Part shown: in pieces, positions 1 to 8,411 of the stretch
How the letters are laid out: the number at the start of each line of letters is the position of its first letter
Numbering within the stretch: position 1 is the first letter of the stretch
Source: a virus
Taxonomy: Duplodnaviria; Caudoviricetes
Virus record (IMG/VR): IMGVR_UViG_3300033076_000328
Coordinates: 1 to 46,708 of that record
Length of the DNA: 46,708 nucleotides
Reading direction: 5' to 3' (one strand)
Position numbers and translations under genes: made by a program
Notes under the pieces: generated by a model
What the model saw: only the letters and a program-made list of their open reading frames with translations
Told to the model about the DNA's origin: nothing
Databases searched by the model: none

Positions 1-186
1 TTCTTTAGTCAGCCCAACCCACGGTCTTTTCGTGCTGTCGTTCATCCAGCGGAGATACTCCTCTGGGTCCATGTATTGCGCCTGAACAAGCAGTTCACCA
101 CATCGCCGTTTGCGTTCTTCTTGGGTCAGTCCCTCTCGTTGCGACATCGCCTTCAGCGCCTTCTCAAACAACTCTCTGTCAGTCAT
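1..186 (-). CDS. Hypothetical phage protein, partial (runs off left edge)
   Basis: Read by hand from ATG at 186: MTDRELFEKALKAMSQ...RPWVGLTKE; shares MTDREL and WVGLT motifs with 529..939. Confidence 0.7.
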   Translation of the reverse strand, partial: MTDRELFEKALKAMSQREGLTQEERKRRCGELLVQAQYMDPEEYLRWMNDSTKRPWVGLTKE

Positions 187-532
187 CATCTTTCTCCTGT
201 TCGTCGCCGATCATCCTGAGTAACTCAGGGATGTCGCTGGTGTGGCATCTGCCGATATCCTCCCGGTAGGGGTAGACCTCCCAGTAGCCTTCCTCGCCAT
301 CCCAGTAGCCAAGGGAGTTGCGCTTGTCCAGATAGATCGACTTCTCCATCCCCGAGGTCAACTTGACCCGGAACCGTACAACCGCATCGGCAAAGGGCGG
401 GATCACCTGAATCTGCCACTCAGCCGGGAATGAGATAAACGGCAGGGTCAGACACTCTTCACGCCATTTCTGCTCCTCTTCCACCTTGTAACGGTACAAG
501 GTCAGTTCCACGTTGCTCTTTCTGTCTGTCAT
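179..532 (-). CDS. Hypothetical phage protein
   Basis: 117 aa ORF overlapping both neighbours in a tightly packed operon. Confidence 0.7.
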   Translation of the reverse strand: MTDRKSNVELTLYRYKVEEEQKWREECLTLPFISFPAEWQIQVIPPFADAVVRFRVKLTSGMEKSIYLDKRNSLGYWDGEEGYWEVYPYREDIGRCHTSDIPELLRMIGDEQEKDDD

Positions 533-939
533 GTGTTCTTCTCCTTGAGTTTGGCTTCGATGGCGTCAAGGTGCGCCAGCGTGTCGTCGCCATACTCAGC
601 GTCAAGTTCTGATTTCTCCTCATCCGTCAGCCCGACCCATGTGCGCTGTGGTGGGGTGGTTTTCTTGTACTTATCCATGACCTCGCACAACTTTTCAAAA
701 CCACCTGCTTCATCACACATAGCCATGAGTTTTGCGTTTTGAACACGGGCAATGCGCTCCCAATCAGTTGCCACCGGCTCCTGCTCCTCCCGCGCCAGCC
801 TCTCGCGCAGGGCGGCGATGCAGGGGAACAGCAGCTTCAACGCGCCTTCCCGTGCTTTGCCGCCGTCACCGAAGTCGTCGCTGCCGGTAGTCCAGATCAG
901 CGCCTCCAGTGCCTGCTGCATCAGTTCTCTGTCAGTCAT
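529..939 (-). CDS. Hypothetical accessory protein (WVGLTDEE-type module)
   Basis: MTDRELMQQALEAL...QEPVA...QRTWVGLTDEE; start placed at ATG 939. Confidence 0.7.
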   Translation of the reverse strand: MTDRELMQQALEALIWTTGSDDFGDGGKAREGALKLLFPCIAALRERLAREEQEPVATDWERIARVQNAKLMAMCDEAGGFEKLCEVMDKYKKTTPPQRTWVGLTDEEKSELDAEYGDDTLAHLDAIEAKLKEKNT

Positions 940-1147
940 GGTTGCCCCCATTCAACTCAATGAGCTTTTGAAGGTAGTGCTGCGCCTTCTTCAGGTCGTC
1001 AACACCTCCCTTCTCCTGCCACCGAGATACATACTTGATGATGTTGCCTTCAAAGTAACCAAGGCTGTTGGCGGCGATGTAGTCCCAAGGCTGAATGGCT
1101 TTGCTCTTGTAATGGCTACCTCCAACCTGTTCATTGTTCGCCGTCAT
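932..1147 (-). CDS. DUF3310 / SaV-like protein (T7 gp1.7 nucleotide-kinase-like domain)
   Basis: QVGGSHY...IQPWDYI...YFEGNIIKYVSRW..KGGVDDLKKAQHYL signature. Confidence 0.85.
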   Translation of the reverse strand: MTANNEQVGGSHYKSKAIQPWDYIAANSLGYFEGNIIKYVSRWQEKGGVDDLKKAQHYLQKLIELNGGNHD

Positions 1148-1460
1148 CTTTTACCTCCGGGTCTTCAGGCATCTCCCGTTTAAACTTCTCGATCTCATCC
1201 CAGACCAATTGCCCGAATGATTTGCCAGAAGGAAAGCGCATCTGCGCCCCCTCCGCTTTGACGGCTACATTCATGGCAGTTCTGAGACCTTCATCGAATC
1301 CCACGTTGTACGGATCTTTCTTGTTCATCCGCATGGCAATGCCTTCCCGGGCAATCTGAGAGACGGTCTTCTTTGCCCTCTTGGCAAATTTCTTGATCCT
1401 CTCTGCATCCTCGGGATAGACATAGATCATCAGCGGAGACACTGTTTTAAAACGGGTCAT
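1131..1460 (-). CDS. Putative ribbon-helix-helix (CopG-like) DNA-binding protein
   Basis: LMIYVYPEDAERIKKFAKRAKKTVSQIAREGI fits a strand-helix-helix pattern; start at ATG 1460. Confidence 0.6.
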   Translation of the reverse strand: MTRFKTVSPLMIYVYPEDAERIKKFAKRAKKTVSQIAREGIAMRMNKKDPYNVGFDEGLRTAMNVAVKAEGAQMRFPSGKSFGQLVWDEIEKFKREMPEDPEVKDDGEQ

Positions 1461-1860
1461 TCCTTGCGCTCCAGTCTTCGTATTCCTGACAGATCTTGTC
1501 GAACGCAGCCTGAGCCTCGGCATTGCCGTTTAACTCGGTGCGTGACTTGATGCCGCAGATGTCATGGATGAATCGGGTGGCAATGGCTTCATTGGCTCTG
1601 CCCACTTCGTAGTTCTCTTGCAAGAACTTGTGAAACCAATTGTTCCGACAAAGCATCCCCGCCTTCTGGACTCGGTTCTTGACCATCATGGGTGACTCGT
1701 CATCATTGATGCGAACCATCGCCACTCCGTATCGAGAACCGACAAAGTCCCTCAAGAGTTCTTCCGGAACCTCGTCCGGATGAATCTTGATGGTCATGAT
1801 GTATCCAGTAGCGTCCTGCTTCAAAGCCACCTTGACGGCTTCAAATTGCAAGGCGCTCAT
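1447..1860 (-). CDS. Hypothetical phage protein
   Basis: 137 aa ORF coupled to its neighbours. Confidence 0.75.
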   Translation of the reverse strand: MSALQFEAVKVALKQDATGYIMTIKIHPDEVPEELLRDFVGSRYGVAMVRINDDESPMMVKNRVQKAGMLCRNNWFHKFLQENYEVGRANEAIATRFIHDICGIKSRTELNGNAEAQAAFDKICQEYEDWSARNDPF

Positions 1861-2180
1861 TGGCTACCCCTCAACCCCAGTTGGTTCTCCAGATAGCTGA
1901 TGACCGCCCGGAACCCAACGATCTGATGCTTGAGGTCGGCAATCTCATCATGGAGCTTGTGGTTGGGAGAAGGCAAAGACGGAATGGCAAGGACCATCTT
2001 TTCCTTCTTCACTTGCCTTGTCTTCCTTACCTTCTTGACCGCTGGCTTTGTAGCAGCCCTTTTCAAAGTTGCCTTGTAGACACCGTACAGGTTCTTGGAG
2101 CCTCCGGTCTTTTTGTTCCATTCCTCAAAGGTCATGGAAGGGTTGTCACGCAGTAGCCCAATCTTGTTTATCTTTTTCAT
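1857..2180 (-). CDS. Hypothetical basic protein with C-terminal coiled coil
   Basis: 107 aa Lys-rich ORF with AGGAG RBS. Confidence 0.7.
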   Translation of the reverse strand: MKKINKIGLLRDNPSMTFEEWNKKTGGSKNLYGVYKATLKRAATKPAVKKVRKTRQVKKEKMVLAIPSLPSPNHKLHDEIADLKHQIVGFRAVISYLENQLGLRGSQ

Positions 2181-2191
2181 TTCTCTTCTCC

Positions 2192-2449
2192 TTAAAAGGG
2201 ATCATCGTTGCCAAAGGATTCAGACTTACGGGCAGGTTGTCCCTGCTCTTGCTTTGCACTGATGCTGATGGACAGGAAGGTTGAGCCATTACCGGCAGTC
2301 TTCTTCCATCCAGCAAGACGCACCTTGTGGATGCCTTGCCCGATACCCAGCTTGTCCAGATCAAGCGTTGCCTCACCGGAGTAATCCGGAGCCTTGGGGT
2401 TTTTCTTGACACGGTTCTGGAAAAAAGTTCCGCTGTTTGTGTATTCCAT
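2192..2449 (-). CDS. Small single-stranded DNA-binding-like protein
   Basis: KAPDYSG...LAGWKK...FLSISIS with acidic DDPF C-terminus typical of SSB tails; adjacent to ERF. Confidence 0.65.
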   Translation of the reverse strand: MEYTNSGTFFQNRVKKNPKAPDYSGEATLDLDKLGIGQGIHKVRLAGWKKTAGNGSTFLSISISAKQEQGQPARKSESFGNDDPF

Positions 2450-3079
2450 TTATTCCTCTTGAAATTTGATTTTGAGTTGAGCGAAATGCTCTTGGAGACG
2501 CTTGAACAGTTCTTTGCTGTTCTTCTTCAGTTCGTCGATCTGTGGTTGATTGGTCTTCCACAGGTCAGACAATTCGGTCAGGGAGGTGCATGAGTTGCCC
2601 CAGTTGATCATCGACTGCACAAACAACTCGCTCTTGGGGTCTTGCTCTTCGTACCTGCCAGCAACGATCTTCTTGGGTTCGGGCTGGGGTTCTTGTGTTT
2701 TGTTCCCGGTTGTGGAGTCAAGCGCGTCATGCTCGACGATCTCCATTGCAGCCACCCACAGGTAGCGGCGCAGGTAGGTTTGCACCGCCCCGAGGTTCTG
2801 CACAGGATGACATCCTTTGAGAGATGCCTCGGACATGGGGGTAGAGATGACGATGAATTCATCAGGCTTGTCGGTGTTGATGATCATCATCGTGGCTTCA
2901 TCGTGTTTGAAAGAGATGACCGAGGTCAGCCCAACCTGCTTGAATATCTCAAGGGCAGGGACCACAAAGTCACCAAGTTCAAAGTACGAGTAGCCAGCGA
3001 ACTTGTTGTGTCCGCTCTTCTTGAGGGAAGCCTGATGGAACTGGTCCCGGGCTTCGTTGAGTTTCTGATAGACGTTCAT
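2450..3079 (-). CDS. ERF-family single-strand annealing protein
   Basis: KSGHNKFAGYSYFELGD and QNLGAVQTYLRRYLWVAAMEIVEHD motifs; start at ATG 3079. Confidence 0.85.
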   Translation of the reverse strand: MNVYQKLNEARDQFHQASLKKSGHNKFAGYSYFELGDFVVPALEIFKQVGLTSVISFKHDEATMMIINTDKPDEFIVISTPMSEASLKGCHPVQNLGAVQTYLRRYLWVAAMEIVEHDALDSTTGNKTQEPQPEPKKIVAGRYEEQDPKSELFVQSMINWGNSCTSLTELSDLWKTNQPQIDELKKNSKELFKRLQEHFAQLKIKFQEE

Positions 3080-3951
3080 TCTTCGATCTCCTTGAGGGAT
3101 TGCTGATACTGACTGCACCATTGGGCTACGCCGCAGAAGTTGCCAGTGCAGCGAATGACTTCTCCCTTGCGTACTTCAACGTAGCCCTTTTCTTTCTCTG
3201 CCAGAGCTTTGGCTTGCTCTTCGTTGTCAAAGACCCGGATGGCGGTCTTCCTGCCCTCCCGCTTAACTGCGTAGGAGGTATCCCGGACCCAGCGTTCATC
3301 ATCAGTGCAGGGGGGTAGTTCATCGCCCCAATCTGCCTGAACCTTGCTCATCCGGTGTGCCTCGATCCGGTCCCGGACGTACTGCTCGGTGCGCTCAGGA
3401 GACCACAGGGGCAGGTCTATGACTTGGATAGGGGCTTGGGGGTAGTCAGGCTTGATTGCAGCCTCACGGCGGCTCCAATCGCGTATCAGGGCACATATCT
3501 GGACACCCTTGACCTGCTGCTTCTTTTCCCGCTGCACCAGCCAGCCGTAGATGTTCTGCTGGGCTTCCCATTCGGGCTTGTCCTGCCGCAATGCCCACGC
3601 GCTGGTGAATTTGTAGTCGGTGATGATCACCCCGTCCGACTCGACCTTCTGGATGTCGATGGCTCCGGAGAGTTTGACCCCATCGATCTCGGTCGTCAGG
3701 CGCTCCTCGGTGATGTAGCCCGGGGCAACACCCCTCTCTGCCACTACATGGAGGGCAGAACCCAGAAGCTGCCAGAGCATATCGGCAACGTCCTGCTCCA
3801 TGCTCTCATGGTGCTGCTTCCGCAATCTCTGGATGCGAGGAGGAGAAATGATTTCGGTGACAGAGTAGTCAGCCTTGCCCTTGCTGTAGTAATCTCGGGT
3901 TGCAAGAGCAACGAGCGTTCCCGGAACGCCATGCCTGTTTGTGATCTTCAA
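3076..3951 (-). CDS. PD-(D/E)XK (Cas4-like) exonuclease
   Basis: SVTEIISPPR, LSGAID, ITDYKFTS, QQNIYGWL and C-terminal RC..FC..AQWC cluster; TTG start at 3951 after GGAGG. Confidence 0.8.
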   Translation of the reverse strand: MKITNRHGVPGTLVALATRDYYSKGKADYSVTEIISPPRIQRLRKQHHESMEQDVADMLWQLLGSALHVVAERGVAPGYITEERLTTEIDGVKLSGAIDIQKVESDGVIITDYKFTSAWALRQDKPEWEAQQNIYGWLVQREKKQQVKGVQICALIRDWSRREAAIKPDYPQAPIQVIDLPLWSPERTEQYVRDRIEAHRMSKVQADWGDELPPCTDDERWVRDTSYAVKREGRKTAIRVFDNEEQAKALAEKEKGYVEVRKGEVIRCTGNFCGVAQWCSQYQQSLKEIEE

Positions 3952-3982
3952 AGGTAGCCTCCATAGAGTGAAAGAACAAACG

Positions 3983-4366
3983 ATGAGCCATGTTAGCACT
4001 AACACGAACGCTCCGCAAGCACTTGTGTTCAATGTCTTGGGGGAACCCGCATCAAAAGCCAACAGCAGGAAGATGGTGCTGATCGGAGGTTCACCCCGGC
4101 TGATCAAGTCATCGAAGGCACTTGCCTATGCCGCGATGTTTAAACATCAAGTAACCACCGGGCAGATGCTGGAGGGGGATCTGGTGGTGCATATCCGGAT
4201 CTGGTACGCCAGTCGCCGCCCTGATCTGGACGAGAGCCTGATCCTTGATTTGCTTCAGGGCGTTGCCTACGAGAACGACAGGCAGGTTAAGGAGAAGCAC
4301 ATCTACTGGGGATTGGATAAGGAGAACCCGAGGTGCGAGATCCGGGTTGAGAAGCTCATCCCATGA
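3983..4366 (+). CDS. rusA: RusA-like Holliday junction resolvase
   Basis: GEPASKANSR, RRPDLD, ILDLLQGVAYENDRQV and NPRCEI motifs; start codon uncertain. Confidence 0.8.
   Translation: MSHVSTNTNAPQALVFNVLGEPASKANSRKMVLIGGSPRLIKSSKALAYAAMFKHQVTTGQMLEGDLVVHIRIWYASRRPDLDESLILDLLQGVAYENDRQVKEKHIYWGLDKENPRCEIRVEKLIP
3990..4018 (-). promoter_or_regulatory. Putative leftward sigma70 promoter for the recombination operon
   Basis: Minus strand TTGCGG-N17-TAACAT; overlapped by palindrome TGTTAG-CA-CTAACA (3991-4004). Confidence 0.4.
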
Positions 4367-4382
4367 GCCACTGTTTAAACGC

Positions 4383-4425
4383 TGATCCGGGGGTTTGTCC
4401 GGAAGTTGATCCGGAAGTCATCCGT
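4383..4425 (+). repeat. Four imperfect 11-12 bp tandem repeats (TGATCCGGAAGT-like)
   Basis: TGATCCGGGGGTT / TGTCCGGAAGT / TGATCCGGAAGT / CATCCG. Confidence 0.55.
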
Positions 4426-4640
4426 AGAAAAACAAATGGACCCGGGTATGGGTCCATCTGCCCCGCACCGAAAGCGATAGGTGCGGTCTCTTCCGGAGGC
4501 TAATCTAGAACGAGTGCTTGGATTTTTACCAGCCCTGATTACTTTGTCAAGCGTTCGCTGTCTGTTCTCTTGACTGCCCCCTTGGGGGGGCGAGAATGAC
4601 CTTGCCCAGAGCGTCTCCCTCTGGTGCAGTTGCCCATTTG

Positions 4641-4669
4641 GGGGGTGGTTCGCTCCACCCCCTTTTTTT
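4641..4669 (+). terminator. Rho-independent terminator
   Basis: GGGGGTGG-TTCGCT-CCACCCCC followed by T7. Confidence 0.8.
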
Positions 4670-4673
4670 GTAC

Positions 4674-4703
4674 TTGACAAGGATTTTTGGATTGCTGTAG
4701 GAT
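4674..4703 (+). promoter_or_regulatory. Putative sigma70 promoter for the structured RNA / primase unit
   Basis: TTGACA-N18-TAGGAT immediately after a terminator. Confidence 0.55.
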
Positions 4704-4739
4704 TCTTTCCGTTGCTAGGTGTGGAAGCCGATGCAAAGG

Positions 4740-4824
4740 AGCCGTTAAGCCTGATCCCGACCCCGCATGGGGTAGCCCTTCCAAAGAGGGTTCTTCCACC
4801 GGGGTCAGACTTAACGGCTTTTTT
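4740..4824 (+). ncRNA. C4-antisense-RNA-like three-stem junction
   Basis: Closing stem AGCCGTTAAG.CTGA.CCCG / CGGG.TCAG.CTTAACGGCT plus U-run; two inner hairpins; unpaired CTTCCAC complementary to upstream GTGGAAG (4721-4727). Confidence 0.6.
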
Positions 4825-4829
4825 GTTTT

Positions 4830-5038
4830 CCACGCCCCAACTCGGATGCCATGCGGTACGTCAGTGGTGGCATCTCAGACAACCCCGTTACACGAGCGAG
4901 CCAGAGCGGGGAGCGTGGGCGAATCCTAGAGCGCGGTGGTTGAAACAAGTCTGGGATAGTGCGATTGCGACGGCATGGCTCCGGGAAGCATAGAGCACAG
5001 AGCGAACCTTGATGTTGATCACGGTAAGGCTGTGCTTT
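4830..5038 (+). other. Multi-hairpin structured non-coding element
   Basis: Pairings 4830-35/4913-18, 4845-51/4868-74, 4883-87/4907-11, 4923-30/4950-57, 4992-5000/5030-38. Confidence 0.55.
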
Positions 5039-5108
5039 GCTCAAACATCCACCAAGAAGCATATATCCTATTCCTTTAATCCCAGCAATCATCTATAGTG
5101 GACTGATC

Positions 5109-5330
5109 ATGAAGAGAGACTACAAGCACGAATACCAGCTTCAGAAGAAGAGAGGGGATGTCGAGGGCTTCTTGGAAAGACAGAAGGCAAGAAGGCTCTA
5201 TGACAAGAATGGCATTGACAGGAATGGAAAGGACATTGATCACATCAAACCCATCAGGAAGGGTGGCAAGACCACTACAGGCAATCTGAGGTTGCGCTCG
5301 CGGTCGAAGAACAAGAGCGACAACAAGTAA
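5109..5330 (+). CDS. Small HNH endonuclease
   Basis: KDIDHIKPIRKGG...GNLRLRSRSKN; start at ATG 5109. Confidence 0.8.
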   Translation: MKRDYKHEYQLQKKRGDVEGFLERQKARRLYDKNGIDRNGKDIDHIKPIRKGGKTTTGNLRLRSRSKNKSDNK

Positions 5331-5349
5331 ACACACCGGAGGCTAACCC

Positions 5350-7035
5350 GTGTTGAACGAAGTTCAAGAGTTCGTATTTACTCTGCACGTTGATGACACT
5401 CAGCGTGTAGCTTGTCCCAGTTGCTCACAGCAACGCAGAAAATTCAATCTCAAGGAACTGGTTGTCACCCGCAAGGATGATGCGTGGGTGTACCACTGCC
5501 ATCACTGCGGAGTCAGCGGCAGCGTTCCATTCAAACGCATGGAGAGAAAATTGGCAGCAGTTCCGCAACCCACAATTACACAGTCATCCCTACAGCCGAG
5601 CCATTACGAGTTCTTGCTGGCGCGGGGCATCAGCCAGCAGACCGCCGACAAGATGAAGCTCTTCTCTGCTGAGAAATGGTTTCAGAGGATAGGCAAGAGT
5701 GCTCCTGCCATTGGCTTTCCCTACTACCGAGGTGGAGCCTTGACCGCAGCCAAGTACCGCTGCATCGAGGACAAGGACTTCACGCAGGATGCTGGCGGTG
5801 CTCATGACTTCTTTGGGATCGATCAGGTAGTGCCTGATAAGCCCATCGTCATTGTTGAGGGGGAGATCGATGCCCTCACAGGCATTGAGTGCGGGATTGA
5901 AAACGTGGTCTCTGTTCCCTCTGGTGCGCCCATGAAGGTCGTTGATGGCAAGGTGACCGCCAGCGAGGACAAGAAGTTTGCCTTTGTTTGGAATGCCCAC
6001 GAGGTGCTATCCAAAGCCCCGTACATCATCATCGCCACAGACAACGATGCACCCGGGCAGGCTCTGGCAGAGGAGTTGGCAAGAAGGATCGGCAAGCACA
6101 AGTGCCGCCTGACCAAGTTCGACAGGAAGGATTTAAACGAGGTGCTGATGGCTGACGGACCCGAGAAGGTCCGGGCAATCATTGATGCCGCAGAGCCTTA
6201 CCCTGTTGAGGGGCTGAGTTCTGCTACCAAGTTCATGGACCGAGTCGATGACCTGTGGACCAAGGGAACCGGGAGGGGTGTTTCAACAGGGTACTCATCC
6301 TTGGACCAGATCTATACCGTGGCTCCGGGGCAGTTGACCGTGGTCACTGGTTACCCCAGCAATGGCAAGTCCAACTTTGTTGATCAGTTGATGGTTAACC
6401 TTGCCAAGCAGCACCAATGGAAGTTTGCGGTATGTTCTTTCGAGAACCAACCCGAAGTGCATATCACAAGGTTCATGGAGATCCATGCCGGGAAGAGGTT
6501 CTTTGAAGGGACTCACCGGATGACCCCGGAGGAGAAGGAGTCATCGTTTAAATGGGTTACCGACCATTTTCTGTTCATGGACTCGGAGACGGTCGAGCCA
6601 GCCACGATTGACTCCATCCTGAGCAGGGCACAGGCAGCGGTTGCAAGGCTGGGGATCAGGGGCATGGTCATTGACCCCTACAACTACATCGACATGAAAA
6701 ACCGGGGGGATTCCGAGACGGGGGCAATCAGCGACCTTCTGACCCGGGTCCAAGCCTTTGCCAAGGCTTTCGGGGTCCATGTATGGTTCGTGGCTCACCC
6801 CTCCAAGGTTCAACGCTCTGGCAGCGATTTACCCCGTCCTGACGGTATGTCTATCGCAGGATCGATGGCATGGTGGGCGAAGGCTGATTGCGGATTGACG
6901 GTCCACAGGGCGCAGACCGGGGTCGAGGTGGCAGTATGGAAGTGCCGCTACAGATGGGTAGGCGCTCAAGGCGAAGTGCTGCTGGGGTACGACAAGACCA
7001 CGGGCACCTACACCGAGCAGTTCGATGCCTTCTGA
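5350..7035 (+). CDS. DNA primase-helicase (T7 gp4/Twinkle-like)
   Basis: Zn finger CPSC/CHHC, TOPRIM EGEIDAL and TDND, helicase Walker A GYPSNGKS, IDPYN, VAHP. Confidence 0.95.
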   Translation: MLNEVQEFVFTLHVDDTQRVACPSCSQQRRKFNLKELVVTRKDDAWVYHCHHCGVSGSVPFKRMERKLAAVPQPTITQSSLQPSHYEFLLARGISQQTADKMKLFSAEKWFQRIGKSAPAIGFPYYRGGALTAAKYRCIEDKDFTQDAGGAHDFFGIDQVVPDKPIVIVEGEIDALTGIECGIENVVSVPSGAPMKVVDGKVTASEDKKFAFVWNAHEVLSKAPYIIIATDNDAPGQALAEELARRIGKHKCRLTKFDRKDLNEVLMADGPEKVRAIIDAAEPYPVEGLSSATKFMDRVDDLWTKGTGRGVSTGYSSLDQIYTVAPGQLTVVTGYPSNGKSNFVDQLMVNLAKQHQWKFAVCSFENQPEVHITRFMEIHAGKRFFEGTHRMTPEEKESSFKWVTDHFLFMDSETVEPATIDSILSRAQAAVARLGIRGMVIDPYNYIDMKNRGDSETGAISDLLTRVQAFAKAFGVHVWFVAHPSKVQRSGSDLPRPDGMSIAGSMAWWAKADCGLTVHRAQTGVEVAVWKCRYRWVGAQGEVLLGYDKTTGTYTEQFDAF

Positions 7036-7126
7036 TTGACCCCACTGCCATAGTGGTTCCACACCACTCTCAGCGTTTAAACGCTTACCGCAATTGCGGT
7101 GACTTCAGATGGATTTCAGATAGGCG

Positions 7127-7165
7127 AAAAAAAACCCCGGTCAGATTGCTCTGCCGGGGTTCTTT
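7127..7165. terminator. Bidirectional intrinsic terminator between convergent units
   Basis: A8-CCCCGG-TCAGATTGCTCTG-CCGGGG-TTCTTT. Confidence 0.8.
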
Positions 7166-7320
7166 CATTTCATGCCGTACACAAGCTCACACTGGTTCTT
7201 GGGTACAAACTGACAGACCAGATTGAAGGCGACCAGATACTCTGACCGTCCTGATGCCAGTATGGTGCCGATCATTCCTTTCCAGAGGACTCGGCGCTTT
7301 TCTCGGATTCTGACTTCCAT
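7165..7320 (-). CDS. Small hypothetical protein
   Basis: MEVRIREKRR... preceded by AAGGAG. Confidence 0.55.
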   Translation of the reverse strand: MEVRIREKRRVLWKGMIGTILASGRSEYLVAFNLVCQFVPKNQCELVYGMK

Positions 7321-7532
7321 TCGTTCTCCTTTCCTCGGTTGCCCAGTTTCCATTGCTCACGCACATCGCGCTCCAGCCGCTCCCCGGCTTGCTCTCCGCG
7401 CTTTTGTTTGACCCCAGCGAGATAACGCAACGCACGGTCCCGGTCCTCCATACGCCAGCGTATGACGGTCCTGACCTCGCACTGATGGCGAAACTCCTCG
7501 CTGTAGGTCCAACCTCTTTCGACTAGTATCAT
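7272..7532 (-). CDS. Hypothetical phage protein
   Basis: WTYSEEFRHQCEVR...KRGEQAGERL...EQWKLGNRG, a pattern seen in phage hypotheticals. Confidence 0.7.
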   Translation of the reverse strand: MILVERGWTYSEEFRHQCEVRTVIRWRMEDRDRALRYLAGVKQKRGEQAGERLERDVREQWKLGNRGKENEWKSESEKSAESSGKE

Positions 7533-7726
7533 TTCGTTGCGTTCAGGATGGTCTCTGTCAGATCAAGAAGGTTCTTCTTGGTCATGGTTGCGGACCATAC
7601 CCGCTGCAACCCTTGCGGGTCTTTTGCGCCGAGCCACTGAGACTCGATCTTGATGTGGTACTGATTGCCCACAGTGGGTGCGACTGCAACGTGCAGCTTG
7701 TAGTTGTCGTTGATGTTGATGATCAT
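7529..7726 (-). CDS. Hypothetical protein
   Basis: 65 aa ORF coupled within the operon, GGAG RBS. Confidence 0.65.
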   Translation of the reverse strand: MIININDNYKLHVAVAPTVGNQYHIKIESQWLGAKDPQGLQRVWSATMTKKNLLDLTETILNATK

Positions 7727-7728
7727 GA

Positions 7729-8148
7729 TTACTCCACAATTGAATCGAGTTCGCGGGTCAGGATGCCCATGACTTGTTGGTAGGTTTTGCTCTTACGCGC
7801 TGCTTCTATGCTCTCCGGGGTCAGGGGAACGCTGCCCTTGCCCCATCGATCTATCAGGCTCCAGTTGGGACCGACCACATACACGCCGTTGTCCCAATTG
7901 TCGCAATCAAGATTGGACAGGGTGTTGATGCCTACGCCCGTATCGCTACGAACCCCGCTGATCAGACAGGCAACAGTGCATAGCCGAGCCATGCCGTAAC
8001 TGTTGTCGGTAGTGGGGCATCGAAAGCCCAATTGCTTTGCTGCATCGAGCAGGGCGACTACCGAGTTGAGATCTCCTGCCCAATGAAGATAAACGCCGAT
8101 GCCGTCTGTCTTGGACTGACTGGCTGTAATGACTGCTCTGTTACCCAT
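7729..8148 (-). CDS. Hypothetical early protein
   Basis: MGNRAVIT...GVYLHWAG...DNWDNGVY. Confidence 0.75.
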   Translation of the reverse strand: MGNRAVITASQSKTDGIGVYLHWAGDLNSVVALLDAAKQLGFRCPTTDNSYGMARLCTVACLISGVRSDTGVGINTLSNLDCDNWDNGVYVVGPNWSLIDRWGKGSVPLTPESIEAARKSKTYQQVMGILTRELDSIVE

Positions 8149-8404
8149 GATTGGCTCCCTTGGTTTGTGCTTTGAAGATTGCGTGTTCAGCGGTTGTCTG
8201 TGTGCCTATCTCTATGGTTATTTTGATAGGGGGGTCTACATCCATCCAGATAGGCATGGTGACTTGTGTTGCATCCATGTCCTTGCCAGCCTGTTGGAAA
8301 GCCTTCCTGTTGCCTTCTATGATGGCTTGAGCAGCCAAGTAAAGCATATGGATAGGATGTTTCTCAGGACTCTTAACCTTGACTGTCGTCTTGCTCCAAA
8401 CCAT
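8141..8404 (-). CDS. Hypothetical protein
   Basis: Start at ATG 8404 after GAGG. Confidence 0.55.
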   Translation of the reverse strand: MVWSKTTVKVKSPEKHPIHMLYLAAQAIIEGNRKAFQQAGKDMDATQVTMPIWMDVDPPIKITIEIGTQTTAEHAIFKAQTKGANHG

Positions 8405-8411
8405 GTTTGCC

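Noticed and set aside
4740-4824. tRNA gene
   Set aside because: Multi-stem, but lacks the T-loop GTTC, D-loop and 7-bp acceptor geometry
4830-5330. HEARO/IscB-type RNA-guided nuclease or retron
   Set aside because: The HNH protein is only 73 aa with no RuvC or PLMP region, and no reverse transcriptase is present
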